Virus record (IMG/VR): IMGVR_UViG_3300030104_004432
DNA length: 20,000 nucleotides
Reading direction: 5' to 3' (one strand)
Source: an uncultured virus (IMG/VR IMGVR_UViG_3300030104_004432)
Lineage: Duplodnaviria > Heunggongvirae > Uroviricota > Caudoviricetes
The notes under the pieces were generated by a model. That model did no database searches, had not been told where the DNA came from, and saw only the letters and a program-made list of their open reading frames with translations. This document shows, one piece after another, positions 7,771-15,328 of the stretch (within the stretch, counting starts at the first letter, position 1; every line of letters begins with the position of its first letter). A program made the translations under genes and the position numbers.

Positions 7771-8712
7771 ATGAGTGATTTTATATGGGTTGAAAAATAC
7801 AGACCCAAAACAATTGAAGAATGTATTTTACCTGAAAGTACTAAGAAGACTTTCAAAGAATTTCTAAATAAGGGTGAAATACCGAATATGCTTCTTGCTG
7901 GTCCTCCTGGTATAGGTAAGACCACAGTTGCTAAAGCATTATGTAATGAACTAGGAGTTGACTTCTATGTCATTAATGGATCTGATGAAGGAAGATTCCT
8001 TGATACTGTTCGTAATAATGCTAAGAACTTTGCATCAACAGTATCACTTACATCTGAGGCAAAGCATAAGGTTATTATTATTGATGAAGCAGACAACACA
8101 GGAAATGACGTTCAACTCTTACTTAGGGCCTTTATCGAGGAATTCGCAGGAAACTGTAGGTTCATATTTACCTGCAATTATAAGAACAAAATCCTTGAAC
8201 CACTCCATTCCCGTTGTGCCGTCATTGACTTCACAATCAACAAGAGGGATAAACCCACGATTGCTGCTTCTTTCTTCGAAAGACTTAACTTTATCTTGGA
8301 CAAAGAACGGATTGAAGCTGATAAGAAAGTATTAGTAGAATTAGTAAATAAACATTTTCCAGATTGGAGAAGAGTATTGAATGAGTGTCAGAGATACTCA
8401 GTTAGTGGTAAGATAGATAGTGGTATATTAGCTGCTTTTTCAGATGTTGCGATTGATGACCTTATTAAAATCCTTAAAGAGAAAAACTTTCCTGAAGTAC
8501 GTAAGTGGGTCAACAGTAGTTTGGACAATGATACTAGTGTATTATTTCGTCGCATTTACGATAGTTTATACGAATCCCTTGTCCCTAGCACTATTCCTGC
8601 TGCCGTTCTTGTTATTGCGAAATATCAATACCAAACCGCCTTCGTAGCAGATCAGGAGATAAATATGCTTGCCTGTCTCACTGAAATAATGGTGGAGTGT
8701 GAATTCAAATGA
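7771..8712 (+). CDS. gp44: clamp loader ATPase subunit (T4 gp44)
   Basis: WVEKYRP, Walker A GPPGIGKT, Walker B IIIDEAD and SRC motif; ATG at 7771 preferred over TTG at 7759. Confidence 0.97.
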   Translation: MSDFIWVEKYRPKTIEECILPESTKKTFKEFLNKGEIPNMLLAGPPGIGKTTVAKALCNELGVDFYVINGSDEGRFLDTVRNNAKNFASTVSLTSEAKHKVIIIDEADNTGNDVQLLLRAFIEEFAGNCRFIFTCNYKNKILEPLHSRCAVIDFTINKRDKPTIAASFFERLNFILDKERIEADKKVLVELVNKHFPDWRRVLNECQRYSVSGKIDSGILAAFSDVAIDDLIKILKEKNFPEVRKWVNSSLDNDTSVLFRRIYDSLYESLVPSTIPAAVLVIAKYQYQTAFVADQEINMLACLTEIMVECEFK

Positions 8713-8798
8713 CTAAACTATCAGAAAAAATTAAACAAGCAGAACAAAGAATTGAAGAGTTAAAACTCTTAATTAAACATTGGAGAAAACAATCATGA
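8709..8798 (+). CDS. 29-aa coiled-coil-like peptide (MTKLSEKIKQAEQRIEELKLLIKHWRKQS)
   Basis: Manually translated; ATGA overlaps at both ends. Confidence 0.6.
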   Translation: MTKLSEKIKQAEQRIEELKLLIKHWRKQS

Positions 8799-9022
8799 CA
8801 GCACCACCAATTCCAGAATGGGGAGCATTAAAACAAAAACAAAAGGCTCAAGTTAAGTCCAGATTTTATTACATCTTTTGGGGTGTAGCAACAGCATCAG
8901 TTGTATTGGGTCAAGTATATGTTGGGTCAGGATATCGTCAGATGTCAAGATCTTTTAATCGTATTATGGATTCTATAGTTCTTGAATTGGAACAATCTTA
9001 TGATAAACAGAGATTTTATTAA
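8795..9022 (+). CDS. single-pass membrane protein
   Basis: ATG at 8795 preceded by GGAG; hydrophobic segment FYYIFWGVATASVVLGQVYV. Confidence 0.75.
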   Translation: MTAPPIPEWGALKQKQKAQVKSRFYYIFWGVATASVVLGQVYVGSGYRQMSRSFNRIMDSIVLELEQSYDKQRFY

Positions 9023-9216
9023 TGAGAATAGAAACTAGAGAAGCAATGGAAATGTTGTTTTCTGCTAAATGGAATTTGCCAAAAGCAGCAAAACATTGTA
9101 GACTATCACGTAAGGAAATGATGATTACCTTTAGTGAGTATTGTGCTTTGCATGAACCAACTTACAACAAGTTTGAAACTGAACTTCAATTAGAATTAGA
9201 TTATGAAATACCCTAA
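9022..9216 (+). CDS. hypothetical protein (64 aa, possibly HTH-like)
   Basis: TAATG overlap; WNLPKAAKHCRLSRKEM resembles a helix-turn-helix. Confidence 0.75.
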   Translation: MRIETREAMEMLFSAKWNLPKAAKHCRLSRKEMMITFSEYCALHEPTYNKFETELQLELDYEIP

Positions 9217-9418
9217 AGATCCTTTAGATGCTGCCATTGTTGCTTTTCTATGGGCAGATTGGTTTGCTAAGAAATGTCTTTGGATTCCTTATTATCTTTA
9301 TGAAAGGTATGACTATTGGAGTCATAATAAAAAAGTAGCATCTGCTGCTAAAGAAGCAGAAGAAAATCCTCCTGTATTACCAGACATTACTAATGAAAGC
9401 ACTGAAGACCCCTCTTAG
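9203..9418 (+). CDS. hypothetical protein (71 aa)
   Basis: Overlapping, tightly packed ORF with an aromatic/hydrophobic N-terminal half. Confidence 0.7.
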   Translation: MKYPKDPLDAAIVAFLWADWFAKKCLWIPYYLYERYDYWSHNKKVASAAKEAEENPPVLPDITNESTEDPS

Positions 9419-10268
9419 ATATCCTGGAGGAAAGTCAAAGGCAATTAAAACATTAGCACAATGGTACCCTAAAGTTATTACTGAATATAGGGAACCATTT
9501 ATTGGTGGTGGTTCTATTGCTATTGATATTACTAAGGCAAATCCAGACATACCTGTATGGGTAAATGATCTGTATGTCCCTCTTTATAATTTCTGGGTGC
9601 AACTTCGTGATAGAGGTGAAGAACTCTCTGAGAGGGTTAGACATGAGAAACAGAAGACATTGGATGAAGGTGATCCAGATAAGATAACTGCAAAGGCAAA
9701 AGAACTTTTTAATAAGTATAAAGCAGAGATTGATACTTATGATGATTTTGAGAAGGCAGTAGCATTCTTTATAATGAATAAGTGTAGTTATTCTGGATTG
9801 ACAGAGAATAGTACTTTTTCTCAAACAGCATCTAATTCTAATTTCTCTCTTGTTGGAGCAGATAAGTTAGCAAAGTTTTCTGAGTTGATTAAGAACTGGA
9901 AGATTACTAATATTGATTATTCAGAAGTAATGAAGGCTAAAGGTTATGCTGATACTTTTATATTTCTAGATCCACCTTATGATATAAAAGATTTTCTTTA
10001 TGGTAAGAATAGGGAAATGCATAAATCATTTGATCATGATTTATTTGCAGATAATGTTTCTACATGCATTCATAAGTTTATGATAACATATAATTTAAAT
10101 GATCGTTTGCTTGACCTATATAAGAATTATAACCTTAAAGAGTGGAAGTTGAGGTATTCCATGGCTCATCGTGGTGATAAAGGAACTAATGAAAATATTA
10201 AGACTGAGTTGTTAGTTACTAATTATGAGGTCAATCCCACAAATACACTCCAGGAGATGCTATACTAA
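9393..10268 (+). CDS. dam: DNA adenine methyltransferase (Dam/D12-like)
   Basis: LRYPGGKS, EPFIGGGS (motif I), VNDL and FLDPPY (motif IV); recognition sequence cannot be determined. Confidence 0.9.
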   Translation: MKALKTPLRYPGGKSKAIKTLAQWYPKVITEYREPFIGGGSIAIDITKANPDIPVWVNDLYVPLYNFWVQLRDRGEELSERVRHEKQKTLDEGDPDKITAKAKELFNKYKAEIDTYDDFEKAVAFFIMNKCSYSGLTENSTFSQTASNSNFSLVGADKLAKFSELIKNWKITNIDYSEVMKAKGYADTFIFLDPPYDIKDFLYGKNREMHKSFDHDLFADNVSTCIHKFMITYNLNDRLLDLYKNYNLKEWKLRYSMAHRGDKGTNENIKTELLVTNYEVNPTNTLQEMLY

Positions 10269-10465
10269 TGAGCTTAGAAGATCACGAACACATTAACGAT
10301 TTGTGGGAGGATATGGATCGTCTCAATATGCTTTATGAAGAACTATGTTGGGATCATATGGATGTCTTAGAGATGATTCCTGATTATAAAAATGATAGAA
10401 TTATAATCAAGAATAAATCAAGAGAGATGGATAAGATGTATAAAGAGATGAATAACGAGTCTTAA
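10268..10465 (+). CDS. acidic hypothetical protein (65 aa)
   Basis: TAATG overlap, with AGGAG upstream. Confidence 0.75.
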   Translation: MSLEDHEHINDLWEDMDRLNMLYEELCWDHMDVLEMIPDYKNDRIIIKNKSREMDKMYKEMNNES

Positions 10466-10484
10466 AAACCACTAAGAAATTATT

Positions 10485-10868
10485 ATGACTGAATTGAAAG
10501 ATTGGTTGAACTCAATTAACCAAACAAAAAAGAATTTAATAGATGAAGACCCTTCATTAGAAAAGGATTATTCACCATACATTGTAAATCGTATTTACTC
10601 TGGACATCTTGATTCGATTTTGTTTGCAAATGAGATGAATAGGTATCATTTTTTACCAAAAAAATTTCAATATGATTTTTTGCTAAATACACTCAGACCT
10701 AAGAAGAGATTCTCTCCTTGGTTACGTAAAGATGAGATTAAAGACCTTGACTTGGTGAAACGTTATTATGGGTATAGTAACGAAAAGGCAAAACAGGCTC
10801 TAAGAATCCTAACAAAAGACCAAATTAATTTTATAAAATCTAAGTTTGAAACTGGAGGAAAACAATGA
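10485..10868 (+). CDS. gp62: clamp loader small subunit (T4 gp62)
   Basis: LKDWLNSIN, YSPYIVNR, ANEMN, QYDFL and YYGYSNEKA; immediately upstream of regA. Confidence 0.93.
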   Translation: MTELKDWLNSINQTKKNLIDEDPSLEKDYSPYIVNRIYSGHLDSILFANEMNRYHFLPKKFQYDFLLNTLRPKKRFSPWLRKDEIKDLDLVKRYYGYSNEKAKQALRILTKDQINFIKSKFETGGKQ

Positions 10869-11302
10869 GCGTGGTTCAAGAGCCTGAAGTAAAGTGGTCG
10901 TCAGATCAAATGATAGAAATATCATTGAATGAACCTGATGATTTTTTAAAAGTTAGAGAGACTTTAACTCGTATTGGAGTTGCTTCTAGGAAAGAAAAGA
11001 AGATATATCAATCTTGTCATATCCTCCATAAACAGGGAAGATATTTTATAGTTCATTTTAAAGAGTTGTTTGCATTAGATGGTAAACATGCAAACCTTAC
11101 TCAGAATGATGTTCAACGTAGAAATCGTATAGTTCAATTATTAGCAGATTGGGGTTTGATTAGTATTGTTGATGCGTCTAAGATTCAAGACATTGCACCA
11201 CTCAATCAGATAAAAGTGTTATCTTATAAAGATAAAAGTGAGTGGATATTAGAAACTAAGTACAATATAGGGTCTAAAAAGAAAAAGACAGAGGAAGTGT
11301 AA
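10865..11302 (+). CDS. regA: translational repressor RegA
   Basis: DDFLKVRETLTRIGVAS, YQSCHILHKQGRYFIVHFKELFALDG and RRNRI; GGAGG ribosome-binding site. Confidence 0.97.
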   Translation: MSVVQEPEVKWSSDQMIEISLNEPDDFLKVRETLTRIGVASRKEKKIYQSCHILHKQGRYFIVHFKELFALDGKHANLTQNDVQRRNRIVQLLADWGLISIVDASKIQDIAPLNQIKVLSYKDKSEWILETKYNIGSKKKKTEEV

Positions 11303-11331
11303 TCTAAATAACACTGCCTTGTAAAATTTAA

Positions 11332-11628
11332 ATGGCTACCATAACTCTTAAAACACCTGACGGTGAAACTGAAACTTTTGAGTGTGATGCGGATACTAGT
11401 ATTTTGGATGCTTTAGAAGAAGCAGGACTAGATCATCCTTCATCATGTCGTGCTGGTTCTTGTTCTTCATGTTGTATGAAAATATTGGAAGGAACATTAG
11501 ATCAAGAAGAACAATTCTTTTTAGATGATGATCAACTTGAAGCAGGATTTGCTCTTACTTGTGTTGCAACACCATCATCTGACAGTGTGACTCTCCTAAC
11601 AGAACAGGAAGAAAATCTAGACATGTAA
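11332..11628 (+). CDS. petF: plant-type [2Fe-2S] ferredoxin (auxiliary metabolic gene)
   Basis: C-x4-C-x2-C (CRAGSCSSC) plus a distal [12 protein letters not shown] and FLDDDQ; TAAATA late-type motif at 11305-11310. Confidence 0.95.
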   Translation: MATITLKTPDGETETFECDADTSILDALEEAGLDHPSSCRAGSCSSCCMKILEGTLDQEEQFFLDDDQLEAGFALTCVATPSSDSVTLLTEQEENLDM

Positions 11629-11667
11629 AATAAATATTGTATAATATTTAAGGTTGGATATTTTCAT

Positions 11668-11901
11668 ATGAACATTCCATTACTTTCAAGAAGAAATCCA
11701 AGTTGTGCTTGGCCCGATAATCTATACAGAACTTACATGAACGGAAGACTTAAAAAAACTGATATGGAATCCCGACTTAATAAAATTAAGAAGGGTATCG
11801 ATGATAAACTTTGGTATCCTGAATGGGATAGTAAGGAAAGATGGGCAGCTCAACAAGCATTAAATAATGCACTAGATATATTGGATGAATTTGATTATTG
11901 A
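11668..11901 (+). CDS. hypothetical protein (77 aa)
   Basis: ORF preceded by ATAAATA (11630-11636) and TATAAT (11640-11645). Confidence 0.75.
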   Translation: MNIPLLSRRNPSCAWPDNLYRTYMNGRLKKTDMESRLNKIKKGIDDKLWYPEWDSKERWAAQQALNNALDILDEFDY

Positions 11902-11968
11902 ATGAAAAAAATTTGTGCTATAATAAGGAAATGGTTAGACCTAAATCACCACACACCTTGGGAAAAAC

Positions 11969-12124
11969 ATGAGAACACAAAATAAAGAAAATTATTACTA
12001 CCTATTTTGGATTGTAGCAATGGTTGCTTTTATAGTTCCACAGGTAGTTACTGCAGTTGCATATCATAAAATTGCAGATTATTTAAACAATGAACCAGTA
12101 AAGGTTAAAGTAGTTAATCCTTAG
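11969..12124 (+). CDS. single-pass membrane protein (51 aa, MRTQNKENYYYLFWIVAMVAFIVPQVV...)
   Basis: Manually translated; TM segment; similar to the 8795-9022 product; extended -10 TGcTATAAT at 11916-11924 upstream. Confidence 0.75.
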   Translation: MRTQNKENYYYLFWIVAMVAFIVPQVVTAVAYHKIADYLNNEPVKVKVVNP

Positions 12125-12127
12125 ATT

Positions 12128-12901
12128 ATGAGAAAATTTATTTTTGATGTTGATGGGACTTTGACCCCTAGTAGAGGGAAGATTGACCCTACGTTTTTTC
12201 CATTTATGATGCATTTTTCATGTGTTAATGATGTTTATCTTGTTACTGGAAGTGATAGGCAAAAAACTATAGAACAGGTTGGTGAAGAATTATATAATAA
12301 CTGTAAAAGAGTATATAATTGTTCTGGTAGTGATGTTTATGAAAAGGATGTAAATGTTTATAGAGATGATTGGAAACTACCTAAGAAGGTGGAAAGATTT
12401 TTAGAAGATGAGTTAGCATATAGTTGTTTTCCTATTCGTAATGGATTGCATATAGAGCATAGACCAGGTGGAGTTAATTTTAGTATCTTGGGTAGAGGTA
12501 AAGATCCTTCTGATGGTAGGAAGGAGTATATTGAATGGGACAAAGAAAGATTGGAAAGAGAAGATATTGCGGAAAGAATTAGAAATCAGTTTCCTGATTT
12601 ATCTGTAGCACTTGGTGGTCAAACAGGTCTTGATATTGGTCCTAAAGGTTCTGATAAGAGTCAAATCCTAAGAGATTTTTCTAAAGATGATGAAATACAT
12701 TTTTTTGGTGATAGAATGGATCCTAATGGGAATGATTACTCTTTAGCATCTGCAGTTGTTGATGATATGTCTGGAATTTCTTATATTGTTGATGGTTGGA
12801 ATGCAACTAATAGAAAGCTTATTGAGATTGATTGTGCCTTACAAACTAATAATTTGATATCAAATATGTGTTTACCGAATTCTAAATTCGTAATAGCATA
12901 A
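12128..12901 (+). CDS. HAD-IIB hydrolase, eukaryote-type phosphomannomutase-like
   Basis: FDVDGTLT (motif I), VTGSD (II), IEHR...NFSILGR, GGQTGLDI, DK (III) and FFGD...GNDY (IV). Confidence 0.85.
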   Translation: MRKFIFDVDGTLTPSRGKIDPTFFPFMMHFSCVNDVYLVTGSDRQKTIEQVGEELYNNCKRVYNCSGSDVYEKDVNVYRDDWKLPKKVERFLEDELAYSCFPIRNGLHIEHRPGGVNFSILGRGKDPSDGRKEYIEWDKERLEREDIAERIRNQFPDLSVALGGQTGLDIGPKGSDKSQILRDFSKDDEIHFFGDRMDPNGNDYSLASAVVDDMSGISYIVDGWNATNRKLIEIDCALQTNNLISNMCLPNSKFVIA

Positions 12902-12920
12902 CCTATCTAAAATCGTTAAG

Positions 12921-12929
12921 TGTTATAAT
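12921..12929 (+). promoter_or_regulatory. extended -10 promoter for hsp20
   Basis: TGtTATAAT about 57 nt upstream of the ATG at 12987. Confidence 0.65.
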
Positions 12930-12935
12930 TAGTAC

Positions 12936-12986
12936 TGTATGCCGAAAGGGTACAAATTTCACACTCGCTTAACAAGGAGAAAACAA
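12936..12986 (+). promoter_or_regulatory. structured hsp20 5'UTR (GNRA hairpin plus ROSE-like SD-sequestering hairpin)
   Basis: TGTAT-G-CC-GAAA-GG-GTACA (12936-12954) and CTCGCTT-AAC-AAGGAG (12964-12979). Confidence 0.55.
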
Positions 12987-13418
12987 ATGACTACACTAGC
13001 AAGATACCATGCTGCTAACCTTCCAGAACTAATGAAGGTCATTAGACAAAATGGTATAGGTATGGATGATTACCTAGACAGATTCTTTAATGAATCACCT
13101 CAATCAAACTATCCACCATACAATCTAATACAGGTAAATAATCATGAGTCGAAACTCGAAATTGCACTTGCGGGGTTCAAGAAAGATGAGCTCAAAGTCT
13201 ATACGGAGTTTGGAAAATTATATATCGAAGGCAAGAAAGAAGAATCAGAAGTTGATGGAACATTTGTCCATCAAGGATTGGCCCAACGTAGTTTCCAACG
13301 AGTTTGGACGGTCTCAGACGATACGAAGATTGGATCCGTCGAGTTTACAGATGGACTCCTCACCGTGGAGTTAAATAAGATAGTACCAGAACACCATCAA
13401 AGGAAAGATTGGATTTAA
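12987..13418 (+). CDS. hsp20: small heat shock protein Hsp20
   Basis: NYPPYNLI, EIALAGF, HQGLAQRSF and DGLLTV alpha-crystallin/IbpA motifs; the ATG at 12987 follows AAGGAG. Confidence 0.95.
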   Translation: MTTLARYHAANLPELMKVIRQNGIGMDDYLDRFFNESPQSNYPPYNLIQVNNHESKLEIALAGFKKDELKVYTEFGKLYIEGKKEESEVDGTFVHQGLAQRSFQRVWTVSDDTKIGSVEFTDGLLTVELNKIVPEHHQRKDWI

Positions 13419-13420
13419 TT

Positions 13421-13615
13421 ATGCCTTTATCAAATCAAGTGGAAGATTCTTTAAGAGAATCTCAGGAATGTTTACGTAATGCGTTAGCATTTTCTGCCAG
13501 GAATGAAAAACCATATATCAGTAAACATATTGCTGATATGTTAATGACAATAGATTCTCTCATAGATATGGAAGATATTATTGAAAAAATAGAAAATCTA
13601 AATGGAGACCCTTGA
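13421..13615 (+). CDS. hypothetical protein (64 aa, MPLSNQVEDSLRE...)
   Basis: TAA-TT-ATG coupling to hsp20; ends within the terminator. Confidence 0.75.
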   Translation: MPLSNQVEDSLRESQECLRNALAFSARNEKPYISKHIADMLMTIDSLIDMEDIIEKIENLNGDP

Positions 13616-13629
13616 CGGGTCTCTTTTTT
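13605..13629 (+). terminator. Rho-independent terminator
   Basis: GAGACCC-TTGAC-GGGTCTC followed by T6. Confidence 0.85.
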
Positions 13630-13640
13630 ATTGTTATAAT
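13612..13640 (+). promoter_or_regulatory. sigma70-type promoter overlapping the terminator
   Basis: TTGACG 13612-13617, 17-nt spacer, TG-t-TATAAT with TATAAT at 13635-13640. Confidence 0.8.
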
Positions 13641-13661
13641 TGTTGTACGAAAATAAAAATC

Positions 13662-13922
13662 ATGGAAACATTAATAAAAATTGTAGTCCTTGAACACTAC
13701 AATTTGATATCTGGAATTGAAGAGGTGCAGACTGTTGAAATTGGAGATCCGAATTGTAAATTGGTAAAACCATTTGTTATTAAATCTGATAGTACATTAG
13801 AACCATATTTGATGGGTCTCACTAGAGATACTGAAATTATGATTGGTTCTGATAAGATAGTTACAATTGCAGAACCTTCTGCTATAATACTTGAAAAGTA
13901 TCAGGATCTTATTAAAGAATGA
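13662..13922 (+). CDS. hypothetical protein upstream of gp43 (86 aa)
   Basis: The ATG at 13662 lies downstream of the promoter (the 13602 start runs through the terminator); ATGA overlap with gp43. Confidence 0.75.
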   Translation: METLIKIVVLEHYNLISGIEEVQTVEIGDPNCKLVKPFVIKSDSTLEPYLMGLTRDTEIMIGSDKIVTIAEPSAIILEKYQDLIKE

Positions 13923-15328
13923 GATTTTACACAAATGTCCAGATGGTTGGAGACAACTTCTTGGTTCGTGGTGTCGAAAATGGTAGACACTTTGCGACTA
14001 GAGAGAAGTTTTATCCAACCCTTTTTGTCTCTTCCAAAAAGAAGACGAAATATAAAACTTTGGAAGGAGAGTATGTTGAATCAGTTGAACCTGGTTCTGT
14101 GAGGGATTGTAGGGAGTTTATAAAGAAGTATGATGGTGTAGAGAACTTTAAGATATATGGTAATGATAGGTATATCTATCAATACATTTCTGAGAAGTAT
14201 CCTGAAGAAGAGATTAAGTTTGATACAAGTCAGATTAAGATAACCACAATTGATATTGAGGTTGCGTCAGAGAATGGATTCCCTGATGTAGAATCTGCTG
14301 CAGAGGAAGTACTTCTTATTACATTACAGGATTATAATACTAAACAGATTCGTACATGGGGATTAGGTCCGTTTAATAATAAGCAAGAGAATGTAATATA
14401 CAAATCATTCAGAACTGAATATGAACTTCTCAATAGTTTTATTGATTGGTGGATGATTGAGGAGAATACTCCTGAAGTTATTACTGGGTGGAATAGTGAG
14501 TTGTATGATATTCCATATCTTTGTCGTCGTCTGGAGAGGATTCTAGGTGAGAAATTGATGCGTCGTATGTCACCATGGGGATTGGTGAGTGAAAGGGAGA
14601 TTCATATTATGGGTCGTAGAAATATTACTTATGATATTGGTGGTGTAACTCAGTTGGACTATCTCAATCTTTATAAGAAGTTTACTTATAAGGCACAAGA
14701 GTCTTATAGGTTGGATTATATTGCTAGTGTAGAACTTGGACAGAAGAAATTAGATCACTCTGAGTTTGATACATTTAAAGATTTCTATACAAAGGGTTGG
14801 CAAAAGTTTGTAGAGTATAATATAATTGACGTGGAACTTGTTGACCGTATGGAAGACAAGATGAAACTGATTGAACTTGCCATAGTTATGGCATATGACG
14901 CAAAGGCAAACTATGCTGATGTATTCTCTCAGGTTCGCATGTGGGATACTATAATCTATAACTATCTCAAGAAAAGGAATATTGTTATTCCTCCCAAAGA
15001 AAGATCCGATAAGGATGCAAAATACGCAGGAGCATATGTCAAGGAACCGATTCCAGGAAAGTATGATTGGGTGGTTAGTTTTGACCTCAACAGTCTTTAC
15101 CCTCATCTTATTATGCAATATAATATCAGTCCAGAGACCATCAGGGAAACTAGACATCCCAGTGCGAGCGTTGAAGGGCTCTTAAATCAGGAGATTAAGA
15201 TTGATGGAGATTATGCAGTTTGTGCGAATGGAGCGCAATATAGGAAGGATGTGCGTGGGTTCTTGCCTGAACTCATGGAGAAGATTTACAAGGACAGGAC
15301 AATATACAAGAAGAACCAAAACCCTTGA
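13919..15328 (+). CDS. gp43: B-family DNA polymerase gp43, N-terminal part (N-terminal, 3'-5' exonuclease, palm motif A)
   Basis: ExoI DIE, ExoII GWNSELYDIPY, ExoIII YNIIDV and motif A SFDLNSLYP; terminates at TGA 15326-15328 after ...RTIYKK. Confidence 0.92.
   Translation: MRFYTNVQMVGDNFLVRGVENGRHFATREKFYPTLFVSSKKKTKYKTLEGEYVESVEPGSVRDCREFIKKYDGVENFKIYGNDRYIYQYISEKYPEEEIKFDTSQIKITTIDIEVASENGFPDVESAAEEVLLITLQDYNTKQIRTWGLGPFNNKQENVIYKSFRTEYELLNSFIDWWMIEENTPEVITGWNSELYDIPYLCRRLERILGEKLMRRMSPWGLVSEREIHIMGRRNITYDIGGVTQLDYLNLYKKFTYKAQESYRLDYIASVELGQKKLDHSEFDTFKDFYTKGWQKFVEYNIIDVELVDRMEDKMKLIELAIVMAYDAKANYADVFSQVRMWDTIIYNYLKKRNIVIPPKERSDKDAKYAGAYVKEPIPGKYDWVVSFDLNSLYPHLIMQYNISPETIRETRHPSASVEGLLNQEIKIDGDYAVCANGAQYRKDVRGFLPELMEKIYKDRTIYKKNQNP

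Noticed and set aside
11902..11985. 27-aa ORF MKKICAIIRKWLD...
   Set aside because: It spans a TGTGCTATAAT extended -10 and has no clear RBS. It may be only a promoter shadow, though it cannot be fully excluded.
12939..12986. 16-aa N-terminal extension of Hsp20 in the ORF track
   Set aside because: ATG 12939 lies at the predicted TSS within a hairpin, whereas ATG 12987 has a proper AAGGAG.
13602..13661. N-terminal extension of the pre-gp43 ORF
   Set aside because: It reads through a terminator and promoter; ATG 13662 is the better start.
15201..15328. Intron or intein as the explanation for the gp43 break
   Set aside because: Sequence appears to be missing rather than inserted, and there is no room for a group I intron, intein or homing endonuclease.
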